Shown here: in pieces, positions 9,401 to 16,705 of the stretch
Numbering within the stretch: position 1 is the first letter of the stretch
Layout of the letters: each line of letters starts with the position of its first letter
DNA from: a virus
Lineage: Duplodnaviria; Caudoviricetes
Reading direction: 5' to 3' (one strand)
IMG/VR virus record: IMGVR_UViG_3300044676_003660
Coordinates: 1 to 24,431 of that record
DNA length: 24,431 bases
The notes under the pieces: model-generated
Seen by the model: the letters and a program-made list of their open reading frames with translations, nothing else
Told to the model about the DNA's origin: nothing
Databases searched by the model: none
Made by a program: the position numbers and the translations under genes

Positions 9401-12400
9401 CGATTGAAGACATCGCCAGGGGGCAGATTACTCCGTATGGGCAGACGACCAGTAGTCACCGTGGCCGTGGGTTGTCTCAGCTGCACACAGCCATGTTGGA
9501 TTCGGCTGTGGAGCACGGCCATGTCACGTTGGAGTGGGCGCTGGCTCTGCGGATTCCAAACGCTGAGAAGATCTGGGCGTTGATGGAGCGCGGCTTTGTG
9601 GTGCCTGGCCAGCCGATGGGGCTGAAGGTTACTTACAGCGAAGCTGCCGCCATTGTGAACGGCGACAACTTCCCTGACATGTTCGAAGAGATCGTTCAGG
9701 GTTTGATGGCTGATCCGTCTGCGTTGCGGGGCATGAAGCAGACGGGCTGGGACTTCTCTGTGCCTGGGGAGCGCGAGAAGTTCATCTCGTATCTGCGGGC
9801 TGCTGCTGAGGACGATCCGACCTTGTTGGGTCGGATGATGTACACGCCTCGTGACACTGAGCCGTTGGGGACTCTTGCTGGTAACCAGATGGCTCGGGGG
9901 GTGAACGGCCGTTACATCATCGAGGCTGTCGACAACGCTATTGGACGGGGTCTGCGGCCGTTGCCGCCGATCCCGCACGACGCTCAAAGCCTGTTGGAGT
10001 TGCCGAGTGGCGACTTTTTCAACCAGTACATCCGTCCGTTTACCGACAACGAAGTCATGGGCGGTGGCGCTTCATCGCCTTTGACGCCACGGCTTCAAGG
10101 CGGAAAGCCAACGATCGCAGATCGGAAAGCGTTTGACGAAGGCACCTACGGCGAGACGGGCGACCTTTCCCGAGGCAACGCTTCTGTTGTGGAGTTGTGG
10201 AAAGCAGGGATCATCCAACGAATCCCTGAGATCATGCAGGAAATCGCTGCTGACTTCAAACACGACTTGAAGCGGATGGGTTACGACTCCATCGTCTACA
10301 GCGGGTTTGAACACGGCGGCAAGTGGAACGTAGTTCCTTTGGATCCGCCCCGTCAGCTTGAACCCTTTACTGGCAACCCTGAGAACTTAGGTGGGTTTAC
10401 GACGCTGCGGGGCGACTACCTTGGTGAGGAGGCTTTGGAGGAGCTGCATCGTGCTGGTTCGGCTGTGTCTGAGATCCAGCATCGAAGCGTGTTCGAAGAC
10501 TTCTGGGATGCTGAAAGTGAACTGGCTCGCCGTCTTGGTGAAGACCCAGAAACCAAGTTCGTGTTCGACAACATCCGTGGCCAGCTCAACATGCGGGTCA
10601 ACACGAACGCTTGGCGTTCCAGTGATGCCAAACGGCCGTCGATCTTTGAAGAAACGGCCAACACGATCGATGACCTGTTTGAGCAGATCAACAAGTTTGC
10701 TACGAACCCTGGCGGAGAACTGCCAAACTTCAACAAGCTGCGTGGCCGTGCCGCACAACGCATCGGCAAAATCGACGAGTTGGCTGATCGGATCGAGGCG
10801 ATGGAGGTCAGCCGTGGTGTAGACGCAGCGCAGCGTACTAGCCCGCTGATCCGTCAGTTGTCTGACGGTCTGCGTAAGGCGTTGGCTGACACGATGGTGC
10901 CGACACAGCAGATCAACCGTGCCGTTGCGACGGCACGGGCAATGGGTGCGACAGGTGGAGTGAAGGCGGCTACAGCTGCGCAGTCTGTGTCGTTCATTGA
11001 GGCTGTGCAGCGGCGTGTGGCGTTGCGTAAGACGCAGTTGCAGTGGGAGATGTTTGATCTGGCTGATTCGTTGTCTCCGCACATGACGGAGACGTTGGGT
11101 CGGGCGCAGGCTGCGGGCAAGCAGGCTTCTCGGGAACGTGCAGAGATCGCCAGGTTGGAGCGGGAGCTTGCTGAGCTGGATGCTGCGACGAACAAGGAGT
11201 TGTCGGATCTGCGGACGGAACAGTTGCGGTTCCGTTGGATGGCTGTAGAAGCCTATGAGGCTGCGGAGCGGGTTGATCTGGAAACTCAGGCTGCTGCTAA
11301 GGCCAGGTTTGATGCTGAGCAGGCGGGTCGTGAGGTTGCTTTGGAGGCTGAGCGGCAGCAGGTTCTTGAGCAGCGGCGTGCTTTGTGGGCTGAGGGAAAG
11401 CGGATGGACGCTACGTCTTCTGCGATGCATGCCGATGTGTTGCAGATGACTCAGGGCCGTGACGCTTTGGCTGAGAAGTTTGCCAAGATGAAGCGGCCTG
11501 AGCAGACGACGATGATGCTAAATGTCCTTGATGGGCATGTGGCTGTCGGGTCGCATCACATGATGCCTGAGGCCATCGCTGAGGCGATGGCTGATGTGAA
11601 CAGGATCCTTGGCCCGTCTGCTACGACGCCGTTCATGAAGACGGTTGACAGGGTGACTGAGTTGTTTAAGGCGTGGGCGATTGCGTCGCCTGGTTTCCAC
11701 ATGCGGAACTTCTTTGGTGGCGTGTTCAACAATGCGTTGGCGTCTGTGGAGATCTCGTCGTACAGCAGGTTCCATTCTCTGTACAACCCGAAGACTGGCA
11801 AGGGCACTTTGGATCCTGGCAATCCGAAGGGTGAACGGTTGACTGTGGCTGATGCGATTCGTCGTGGTTACGGCGTTGAGGATCAGGTCAAGTTGATGCG
11901 GTCGACGAAGACTGCACAGCAGCTGATTGATTCTGGCCAGGGCAACGTGGTTGATGGCATGGAGCAGCTGATTCGGGCTGGCATGTTGACTGGTGGTCAG
12001 ACGACGGAGCTTGCTAGGTACACCCGTGTCGGCAACATGCGTACTGCTCGGGGCCGTTACAACCCGTTCAACCCGAACAACTTGTTGACGACTGCGGCTC
12101 GTTCGCCAGCTACTGGCGTTGAGAACTATCTGCGTGGCTCGTTGGCGTTGGATCGTTTGATCAAGGGCCAGGATGTGGATCTGGCGTTGACTGACGTGTA
12201 CAAGTACCACTTCGATTACGACGATCTGTCGTCGTTTGAACGTGGCGTGATGCGTCGGTTGATTCCGTTCTACACGTGGACTCGGAAGAACTTCCCGCTG
12301 CAGCTGGAGATGATGGTCACGAACCCGAAGGTGTACAACCGTGTGTACAGCTTGAAGCGGGAGATTGAGCGGGAGACGGAGAAGGAAGAGTTGTTGCCGT

Positions 12401-12921
12401 CGTGGATCGCTGAGCGGTTCCACATCGAGATGCCGTTTAGTTTCGGTGGCGACCCTCTGTACCTTGTGCCTGATCTGCCGTTCACAGAGCTGGATCGTGC
12501 TACGAACCCAAGGTTGTGGATGGCGTCAACGACGCCGATCGTGAAGATCCCGATGGAGCAGCTCACGGGGAAGAACTTCTTCTTCGACAGCGACTTCCGT
12601 GACGATTACAGGCCGTTGCCGTCTGCGTGGAGCGCAACGATGGCTCCGTTCTTGCCTGCGTTGGGTGCTGTTGGTTTGGTGAAACGTCAGGGCGACAACT
12701 ATGTGGCGACAGATCGCCACATGCATCATCTGGAGTCGGTGTTGCCGATCTACGGTGCTTTGAGGCGGCTGTTTGGTTCTCCTGGGGACGACAAGTTCGA
12801 CGATCGTCAGTTGCAGAACTGGGTGAACTGGACGAGCGGTATCGGGTTTAGGCGCATCACAGAGTCGATGCGGGAGTCTGAGCAGTGGCGGCGTGAGAAC
12901 GCTGACTGGCTCAACAGATGA
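6415..12921 (+). CDS. Giant internal virion/ejection (large polyvalent-like) protein with an embedded ART-like domain
   Basis: 2168 aa, no Cys. N-terminal GFIGEVALDPFTWL motif; coiled coils; C-terminal PGFHMRN...ENYLR...FDYDDLSSFER..MRRLIPFYTWTRKN typical of large phage ejection/polyvalent proteins. Confidence 0.7.
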   Translation: MAEDYAADFDQALQDIANKYGASVGAVKNIVAQDPVLSQFDPANPQDWSFSLTDVPNLAPVAQEYNPGRLSDSLLATIREGWENGKSEPVEDVGFFKSLLDVGIKVIDVIDTPRAIVTSAVKEVGDIFDSDEQFSLTEFYEQSRDNIGFGDVIQDWAPGLGEVELFGVKPLDNIAGFIGEVALDPFTWLTLGTLPAAKAGTMGIVKMLAGMGDAGKARQVFRGGIRALSGDDMSRLTDFARSTGRIGADDVIDGGLQFRIPLSKTFSRFTSGKVAPKQIRLMSQDNLFLKWTPRVGVNVVAQKFRMSRMGGVLGGDRALSKRMLVDPDISDAEWLDHFNHILIDNVARAKERGLRTTLENSWGILAKRLIDADITGADIQRALGFDEPPEGMNPAIWREIKDFAEKIRKDANDIVGEEWIPFRDNWQLSIPTAEWVEYLTKNGNRNPIFSDPQGIAHFEKKANIVEGAEFMGVTLRPPSEAGATVREQARQIFNEHAQELGGAAEAIKWFNDDVYEAMPIHIKLVSQRARRKFTHNEMIKAGIIQDRIVESPAAIKAQAEYDQIERDINELAQLIEDTTAAANAMDAARPGVAEEVKELYDKLMDLRRKKAALFNVEMPEPDLSNNIWRRVAAESVEYEEQLDGVIDAVSTKTAQKVDEIDSAIDRLERHAEFLEAEEARIKGGYYKLLEIRNELWARGSVLRETLDQVPLDEAKPLLEELDRIAQDLRDITEPLAQARADWLAQAGEANDALIAMAKPTRVVASAGVTIGKIREIRKLFRAQAHVFGNMVRNDPKWSPWLAGVGAEPAGRLVRARMDELLDDLGLPAGMNIKSIAQLDELEAKLMGIIQMEKANIRRLGRLGNETIRDYNGWAEWQEQLQAEFDDVLARLGEIQLDPDIAEGIQEALTMLRVNADGYLSFGDQTVLWHGFGPNYDAVDLTQIPDPGKMNTSEWDSFLHMHLAFDPSTSLKYAGRDPSKVLGFKVRASNPVVFGGSIEDIARGQITPYGQTTSSHRGRGLSQLHTAMLDSAVEHGHVTLEWALALRIPNAEKIWALMERGFVVPGQPMGLKVTYSEAAAIVNGDNFPDMFEEIVQGLMADPSALRGMKQTGWDFSVPGEREKFISYLRAAAEDDPTLLGRMMYTPRDTEPLGTLAGNQMARGVNGRYIIEAVDNAIGRGLRPLPPIPHDAQSLLELPSGDFFNQYIRPFTDNEVMGGGASSPLTPRLQGGKPTIADRKAFDEGTYGETGDLSRGNASVVELWKAGIIQRIPEIMQEIAADFKHDLKRMGYDSIVYSGFEHGGKWNVVPLDPPRQLEPFTGNPENLGGFTTLRGDYLGEEALEELHRAGSAVSEIQHRSVFEDFWDAESELARRLGEDPETKFVFDNIRGQLNMRVNTNAWRSSDAKRPSIFEETANTIDDLFEQINKFATNPGGELPNFNKLRGRAAQRIGKIDELADRIEAMEVSRGVDAAQRTSPLIRQLSDGLRKALADTMVPTQQINRAVATARAMGATGGVKAATAAQSVSFIEAVQRRVALRKTQLQWEMFDLADSLSPHMTETLGRAQAAGKQASRERAEIARLERELAELDAATNKELSDLRTEQLRFRWMAVEAYEAAERVDLETQAAAKARFDAEQAGREVALEAERQQVLEQRRALWAEGKRMDATSSAMHADVLQMTQGRDALAEKFAKMKRPEQTTMMLNVLDGHVAVGSHHMMPEAIAEAMADVNRILGPSATTPFMKTVDRVTELFKAWAIASPGFHMRNFFGGVFNNALASVEISSYSRFHSLYNPKTGKGTLDPGNPKGERLTVADAIRRGYGVEDQVKLMRSTKTAQQLIDSGQGNVVDGMEQLIRAGMLTGGQTTELARYTRVGNMRTARGRYNPFNPNNLLTTAARSPATGVENYLRGSLALDRLIKGQDVDLALTDVYKYHFDYDDLSSFERGVMRRLIPFYTWTRKNFPLQLEMMVTNPKVYNRVYSLKREIERETEKEELLPSWIAERFHIEMPFSFGGDPLYLVPDLPFTELDRATNPRLWMASTTPIVKIPMEQLTGKNFFFDSDFRDDYRPLPSAWSATMAPFLPALGAVGLVKRQGDNYVATDRHMHHLESVLPIYGALRRLFGSPGDDKFDDRQLQNWVNWTSGIGFRRITESMRESEQWRRENADWLNR

Positions 12922-12941
12922 CCGCCGTCTAGGTTGTGTGT

Positions 12942-13100
12942 ATGAGCAAATTGCGCAATGAACCAGTGTTGTTGGCGAACCTGATTGTGGCTATCGCTGC
13001 AATTCTTGGTTTGGATTTAGATGGCGGCGAGATTGCTGCTGCTGTTGGCACGTTGGTTGCTGCTGCTGTAGCTGTGCGGCGACGGGTGTCGCCTGTCTAA
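12942..13100 (+). CDS. Putative holin (52 aa, two hydrophobic segments)
   Basis: Hand-translated MSKLRNEPVLLANLIVAIAAILGLDLDGGEIAAAVGTLVAAAVAVRRRVSPV. The EPV...VRxxV(S/T)PV pattern recalls actinophage holin-like membrane proteins. Confidence 0.65.
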   Translation: MSKLRNEPVLLANLIVAIAAILGLDLDGGEIAAAVGTLVAAAVAVRRRVSPV

Positions 13101-13540
13101 AACCAGTCGCAGCCACCGTTGAAATCAATTTCCCACATCCAGTCAGAGTCTTGTAGGTAAACGATGTCTTCTAGCTCTTGGGCTGACAGGTCAAAGTCAA
13201 TTTCGTGCATTTCTGCAATGTCTGGGTTTTGGATGAGGTAACGGGCCAGCGGTCCTGTCGCTGGCCGCATTATGTGTTCAATTGTTTGGGCGATCTGCAG
13301 GAGCGCCAGCATCCCGTGCGTGCACGGGTGATCGTCCAGATGTTCTAGGTGTAGGCGTAGCGCTGCGATCCATGACGGTGGCCAACGCATAACGGTGACG
13401 ACATGCCCGTCGTGACTGATGTACGCACCTGACATGTCTGTGGGTACGACGGACTGAGGGTCGGCAGGGGTGTTGCAAATGTCGACACCCATTTGGTGCA
13501 ACATTTGCAGCCATTCCTCAGTTTCGCCGTTGCCGCTCAC
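13097..13540 (-). CDS. Hypothetical acidic protein
   Basis: 147 aa ORF with GTGA overlap to the upstream gene; His/Cys cluster HLEHLDDHPCTH. Confidence 0.6.
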   Translation of the reverse strand: MSGNGETEEWLQMLHQMGVDICNTPADPQSVVPTDMSGAYISHDGHVVTVMRWPPSWIAALRLHLEHLDDHPCTHGMLALLQIAQTIEHIMRPATGPLARYLIQNPDIAEMHEIDFDLSAQELEDIVYLQDSDWMWEIDFNGGCDWF

Positions 13541-13836
13541 GTCGTTTCGGGTTCTTCCACGTATTCAAACAGGTCTTGCATGTTTTCGTCGTCGAAGATA
13601 AACCAGTCGCCTTCGATCGTGTTGACGAGCCAGTCTGTTGAGTCTATGGCGTAGGAGCCGCCGTAGATAAACAGGACTGTGCTGACATCGTGCACTTCGT
13701 CTTGTTCGTATTCGGGCGGGAATGTTTCGTCGCTGATCCAGTCTTGTAGGCGTTGTGCTCCGTACACGGTGCCGTCGTATTGGATAGCGGCGGCTGTGCC
13801 GCCGAGTCCTTCAAAGTATCCCATGGCTGTAGTCAT
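13537..13836 (-). CDS. Hypothetical acidic phage protein
   Basis: SD AAGGAG and ATGA overlap; AIQYDG...DWLV...GDWFIFD...F..V pattern resembles a common small phage beta-rich family. Confidence 0.65.
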   Translation of the reverse strand: MTTAMGYFEGLGGTAAAIQYDGTVYGAQRLQDWISDETFPPEYEQDEVHDVSTVLFIYGGSYAIDSTDWLVNTIEGDWFIFDDENMQDLFEYVEEPETT

Positions 13837-14372
13837 TCTGTCTCCTTGATTGTGTGTCGTTGTAGGTATTCGGCCACTTCTGGCACGTCTTCTAGTGTTT
13901 CTCGTAGTTTGTCTAGGCCGCGCGAAACGGTCAGGTAGCAGGTGCTGCGGGGCAGTTTCATGCGGTATGCGACTGTTTCGTAGGTTTCTTGACCTAGGAC
14001 GATAGATACTAGCGCTTCAGCCTCCCTGGATGTCAAAGTTTCTTCGATGGCGTCTAGGAGCGCTTCTCGTAGCTCGTGGAGCTTTTCGACGGTGTAGCCG
14101 CCCAACGGCTGGTGAGGGGCCTGCATGAGCTTCTCAGAGGCTGTCAGGGCACGTTGGTCGTATCCGAGAACGTCGATCAAGTCAGAAGAGATCTCTCTTG
14201 GGCCACGCCAACGACGGACGCCTTCGGCGTCCTGTTTCGAATCCCGCATAAACGGCCGTTTAGGTTCTGCTGGTAGCCCTTCTGCCACGAGTATTCGCTC
14301 CCATTTCTCCTGCAAAGCGACGCGGTCCTCAGCCGAAAGCTGGGGGCGGTTATGCCTCGGGGACGGACTCAT
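13833..14372 (-). CDS. Sigma70 region-4-like HTH protein (phage transcription regulator)
   Basis: LTSREAEAL...QETYETVAYRMKLPRSTCYLTVSRGLDKLRE matches the sigma r4 HTH pattern. Confidence 0.75.
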   Translation of the reverse strand: MSPSPRHNRPQLSAEDRVALQEKWERILVAEGLPAEPKRPFMRDSKQDAEGVRRWRGPREISSDLIDVLGYDQRALTASEKLMQAPHQPLGGYTVEKLHELREALLDAIEETLTSREAEALVSIVLGQETYETVAYRMKLPRSTCYLTVSRGLDKLRETLEDVPEVAEYLQRHTIKETE

Positions 14373-14838
14373 GTGTCTCGCCCAGTTCTGCTAGCAGGTT
14401 GGCAGGGAAAGCCCAGTAGGGCTTGGGAGGGTCGTCGTTGAACTGCCCTTTGGTGATTCGTTTGTCTCTGTAGGCGAGTGATTGGTGCAAGTTATCAAAC
14501 GGCACCACGATGCACCTGTGGTTGTGCTGGTCGTAGAAGAACAGTTCTACGGGGTGTTTCTTGTGCCACGACATTAGCGATGCCCAGTCGGCAACTTTGA
14601 TTTTGCCTAGCTGGTCCCGTCCAAACCCTTTGCATTCGATCAGGCTGTGGCTGGTCAGAAAGTCGGGGGTGTGTCGGATGAACTTGGGGAGCATCGACAT
14701 TTTCAGGGGCGGTCGGTCTAGGCCGTATCGCACCCAGCCTCGGTCTTGTTTGTCTAGCCATGCGGCGCATTGCCCTTCGGCTGCGTCGCCCATGGCCGTG
14801 TATCTGTTGTTCCAAGACTGGTCCCTGAATGCGGTCAT
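14350..14838 (-). CDS. PD-(D/E)XK family endonuclease
   Basis: G..AE helix, HTPDFL and LIECKG motifs. Confidence 0.7.
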   Translation of the reverse strand: MTAFRDQSWNNRYTAMGDAAEGQCAAWLDKQDRGWVRYGLDRPPLKMSMLPKFIRHTPDFLTSHSLIECKGFGRDQLGKIKVADWASLMSWHKKHPVELFFYDQHNHRCIVVPFDNLHQSLAYRDKRITKGQFNDDPPKPYWAFPANLLAELGETHESVPEA

Positions 14839-15044
14839 GCTAAAGGTTTCTTCAGGTACACCCAGCCAGAGTCGACTGCGAATGGCTCGTAGCCTTCAAG
14901 GATACGTGCCTGTACACGGTGTTGGTTGTCAAACAGGGCGCGTTCGATCACCCATGCGGGCTTGGGCGCAGCAGGCGGCGCAGGCGCCGCCGCCTTTTTC
15001 ACAGCTTTCTTTGCTGCTTTCTTGGCGGGTTTCTTTGGTTCCAT
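14835..15044 (-). CDS. Small protein with Lys/Ala/Pro-rich histone-H1-like N-terminus
   Basis: MEPKKPAKKAAKKAVKKAAAPAPPAAPKP...; TGATG coupling at 15044 and ATGA overlap downstream. Confidence 0.65.
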   Translation of the reverse strand: MEPKKPAKKAAKKAVKKAAAPAPPAAPKPAWVIERALFDNQHRVQARILEGYEPFAVDSGWVYLKKPLA

Positions 15045-15328
15045 CACCACTTCACCTTGTCTGCCCAGTACGCCGCTGACATCTTGCCTTTGGAGATGTT
15101 CTTGCCGTGACGGGCCTTGAACGACTTCTGTCGTGCTTTCTCTGAGCTGCTCTTCGGGTTGCTGCCTGCACCTTTGACGCCTTGCTGCCCGAACCTGATC
15201 GTCTTGACCTGATCGCCTTCTTTGGCGACTACGACGTGGGACTTTTTCGGGTGGTTGGGTGTGCGCTTCGGCTTGTTGTAGCCAGACACGCCAGCGTTCT
15301 TCAGGCGGGGGTCAGGTTTCTTAGCCAT
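15044..15328 (-). CDS. Small basic phage protein (94 aa)
   Basis: ATG at 15328 with GAGG SD. NKPKRTP.HPKKSHVV.AKEGD..K.IRFGQQG...RQKSFKARH...KMSAAYWA..KW is a sequence type I recognise from aquatic phages; function unknown. Confidence 0.75.
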   Translation of the reverse strand: MAKKPDPRLKNAGVSGYNKPKRTPNHPKKSHVVVAKEGDQVKTIRFGQQGVKGAGSNPKSSSEKARQKSFKARHGKNISKGKMSAAYWADKVKW

Positions 15329-15329
15329 G

Positions 15330-15464
15330 TCACTTCCTCTTCTTGGCAGTCTTAGCGGCCCGTTTGAAAGCTGCGTCAGTCGGGGCACCCTTGTCGCCCT
15401 TCTTGCGCATCTTCTTGCCAGCCTTCTTCTTGGCGTTGATGTTGGCGTACAAGCCCTTAGCCAT
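15330..15464 (-). CDS. Small Lys-rich protein (44 aa)
   Basis: Hand-translated MAKGLYANINAKKKAGKKMRKKGDKGAPTDAAFKRAAKTAKKRK; GAGG SD upstream. The GLYANI..K...MRK.G.KGAPT motif is recognised from aquatic phages. Confidence 0.75.
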   Translation of the reverse strand: MAKGLYANINAKKKAGKKMRKKGDKGAPTDAAFKRAAKTAKKRK

Positions 15465-15600
15465 TTGCCTTTTCCTCTTCCAGCTTTACAGGTTCGTTAG
15501 CAACCCACTTGCCTTCAATGATCATCTGGGCAGCACGTAGGCCGATACCTGAACGACGCATCACGTCTGCCAGGACCCCGTTCATTACTTGTTTGTTCAT
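15457..15600 (-). CDS. Small hypothetical protein (47 aa)
   Basis: MNKQVMNGVLADVMRRSGIGLRAAQMIIEGKWVANEPVKLEEEKANG; ATGA overlap with the upstream gene and 8-nt overlap with the downstream gene. Confidence 0.55.
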   Translation of the reverse strand: MNKQVMNGVLADVMRRSGIGLRAAQMIIEGKWVANEPVKLEEEKANG

Positions 15601-15767
15601 TGACAACTCTCACATGTCTCGGGGTTTTCAAGGTCGCACTGGGGTTCGATCGGCTCGTCGGAGTCATCGCCCCAGTCATAAAGGGATTCGTCCCACCACT
15701 GGGCTGCTTTCCCAAGCACTTCCATCAAACGGCGAGGATGCGGAGACGTGTCTTCTTCGGCCGTCAC
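15597..15767 (-). CDS. Small acidic protein ending CDLENPETCESCQ (56 aa)
   Basis: GTG start overlaps the upstream TGA and its stop overlaps the next ATG. Translation MTAEEDTSPHPRRLMEVLGKAAQWWDESLYDWGDDSDEPIEPQCDLENPETCESCQ. Confidence 0.65.
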   Translation of the reverse strand: MTAEEDTSPHPRRLMEVLGKAAQWWDESLYDWGDDSDEPIEPQCDLENPETCESCQ

Positions 15768-16306
15768 GCCCGTGTCCTTGGATTACGAATCTTCTTGTTG
15801 CCGTTGCCAGCCTTCTTGACCCGCTTAGCGGGGGTCTTCGAAGCAGCAGTAGCCAGCCCTTTGGCAGACTTCTTTGCTCCCGTGGCAGACATCTTGGACT
15901 TTCCGTAGTGGCTTGGCATTTCGTTTTCCTCGCTTTTCCACAGGTAACCTGTGGTTGTGGATAATAACACTGAGATCTGCTTGTCGTCGACGTATGCGAT
16001 CCCATTTAATGCATCTAAGACGGCTTTCATGTAATTGTCAATATCGCCACGCAACACAGACCCGTGTTCTGTAGGCGCCACTTCAATCCACATGCCGTGT
16101 TTATCAAAGTCCACAGACACTTGGACTGGGCCTGTGAGCGGTTTGCGTCGACCAAACTTTTTGCGCCATTGCTCAGCTATGGCTGCCTCGTGCTGCAGTG
16201 TCGCAGCAGGCGTAAACACTCGGCCTTTGCGGCTCATGCGAGGACGCTGCTTTACCTTAGGTTTGAGCTGCATATACATGCGCATGGCTTTGCGTTTGGT
16301 TGACAT
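15764..16306 (-). CDS. rusA: RusA-family Holliday junction resolvase with a basic C-terminal extension
   Basis: PKVKQRPR...FTP N-terminus; GDIDNYMKAVLDALNGIAYVDDKQI catalytic motifs. Confidence 0.85.
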   Translation of the reverse strand: MSTKRKAMRMYMQLKPKVKQRPRMSRKGRVFTPAATLQHEAAIAEQWRKKFGRRKPLTGPVQVSVDFDKHGMWIEVAPTEHGSVLRGDIDNYMKAVLDALNGIAYVDDKQISVLLSTTTGYLWKSEENEMPSHYGKSKMSATGAKKSAKGLATAASKTPAKRVKKAGNGNKKIRNPRTRA

Positions 16307-16317
16307 ATCGACTTATG

Positions 16318-16398
16318 CTAATCGTCTTGCCAGCAATACAGCAAGAAAGACACAGCTAAGCACCAACCGAAAGCGATCCACAGGAGTATTTCAATCAT
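16318..16398 (-). CDS. Putative single-TM micro-protein (26 aa)
   Basis: MIEILLWIAFGWCLAVSFLLYCWQDD; fills the gap and overlaps the upstream stop by 8 nt. Confidence 0.4.
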   Translation of the reverse strand: MIEILLWIAFGWCLAVSFLLYCWQDD

Positions 16399-16705
16399 TT
16401 TGATCTGCTAATGCTGACGGATATCCACAGGCTGCGTAGCCTGCAATGTCGACCCAATGGTCTTTCAAAGAAGGCGACGTTTTCATGCGGGCAATTTTTA
16501 CAAGGGTCATAAACACGGCTACGTCTGTGCGTGTAAATTGGTGACCTGCATAGGCAGTCCAAAGGTTTGCGATGTCAGCAAAGTTTTCTTCGGGATCGCC
16601 GTAATCTTGGTTGCGGTCAGAGCACACAGCTTCTTCTGCTTCTAGCAGAACTTGCCGTCGATCTTCTTCTCGTGTCCGCACAATGAAAGTCGTTTCGCTG
16701 CTCAT
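16391..16705 (-). CDS. DUF6378-type phage protein (possible all-alpha nucleotide pyrophosphohydrolase-like)
   Basis: LLEA...DRNQDYGDPEENF..IA.LW.AY...DVA..M..VKIAR...DHWVDIAGYAACG. Start placed at the ATGA overlap at 16705. Confidence 0.8.
   Translation of the reverse strand: MSSETTFIVRTREEDRRQVLLEAEEAVCSDRNQDYGDPEENFADIANLWTAYAGHQFTRTDVAVFMTLVKIARMKTSPSLKDHWVDIAGYAACGYPSALADQND

Noticed and set aside
7372-9987. 871-aa antisense ORF (and other long antisense ORFs at 10387-11430 and 11518-12423)
   Set aside because: Shadow frames of the 2168-aa gene produced by its codon bias; sequences are unnatural (His/Gln/Arg/Leu-rich) with no motifs.
6415-12921. Giant ORF as a tape measure protein or virion RNA polymerase
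   Set aside because: No periodic aromatic TMP repeats or long transmembrane cluster, and no DxDGD or T7-type polymerase motifs seen.
15515-15715. 66-aa minus ORF from the track (and 15676-16005)
   Set aside because: Alternative frames give perfectly coupled small genes (15597-15767, 15457-15600) with more plausible sequences.
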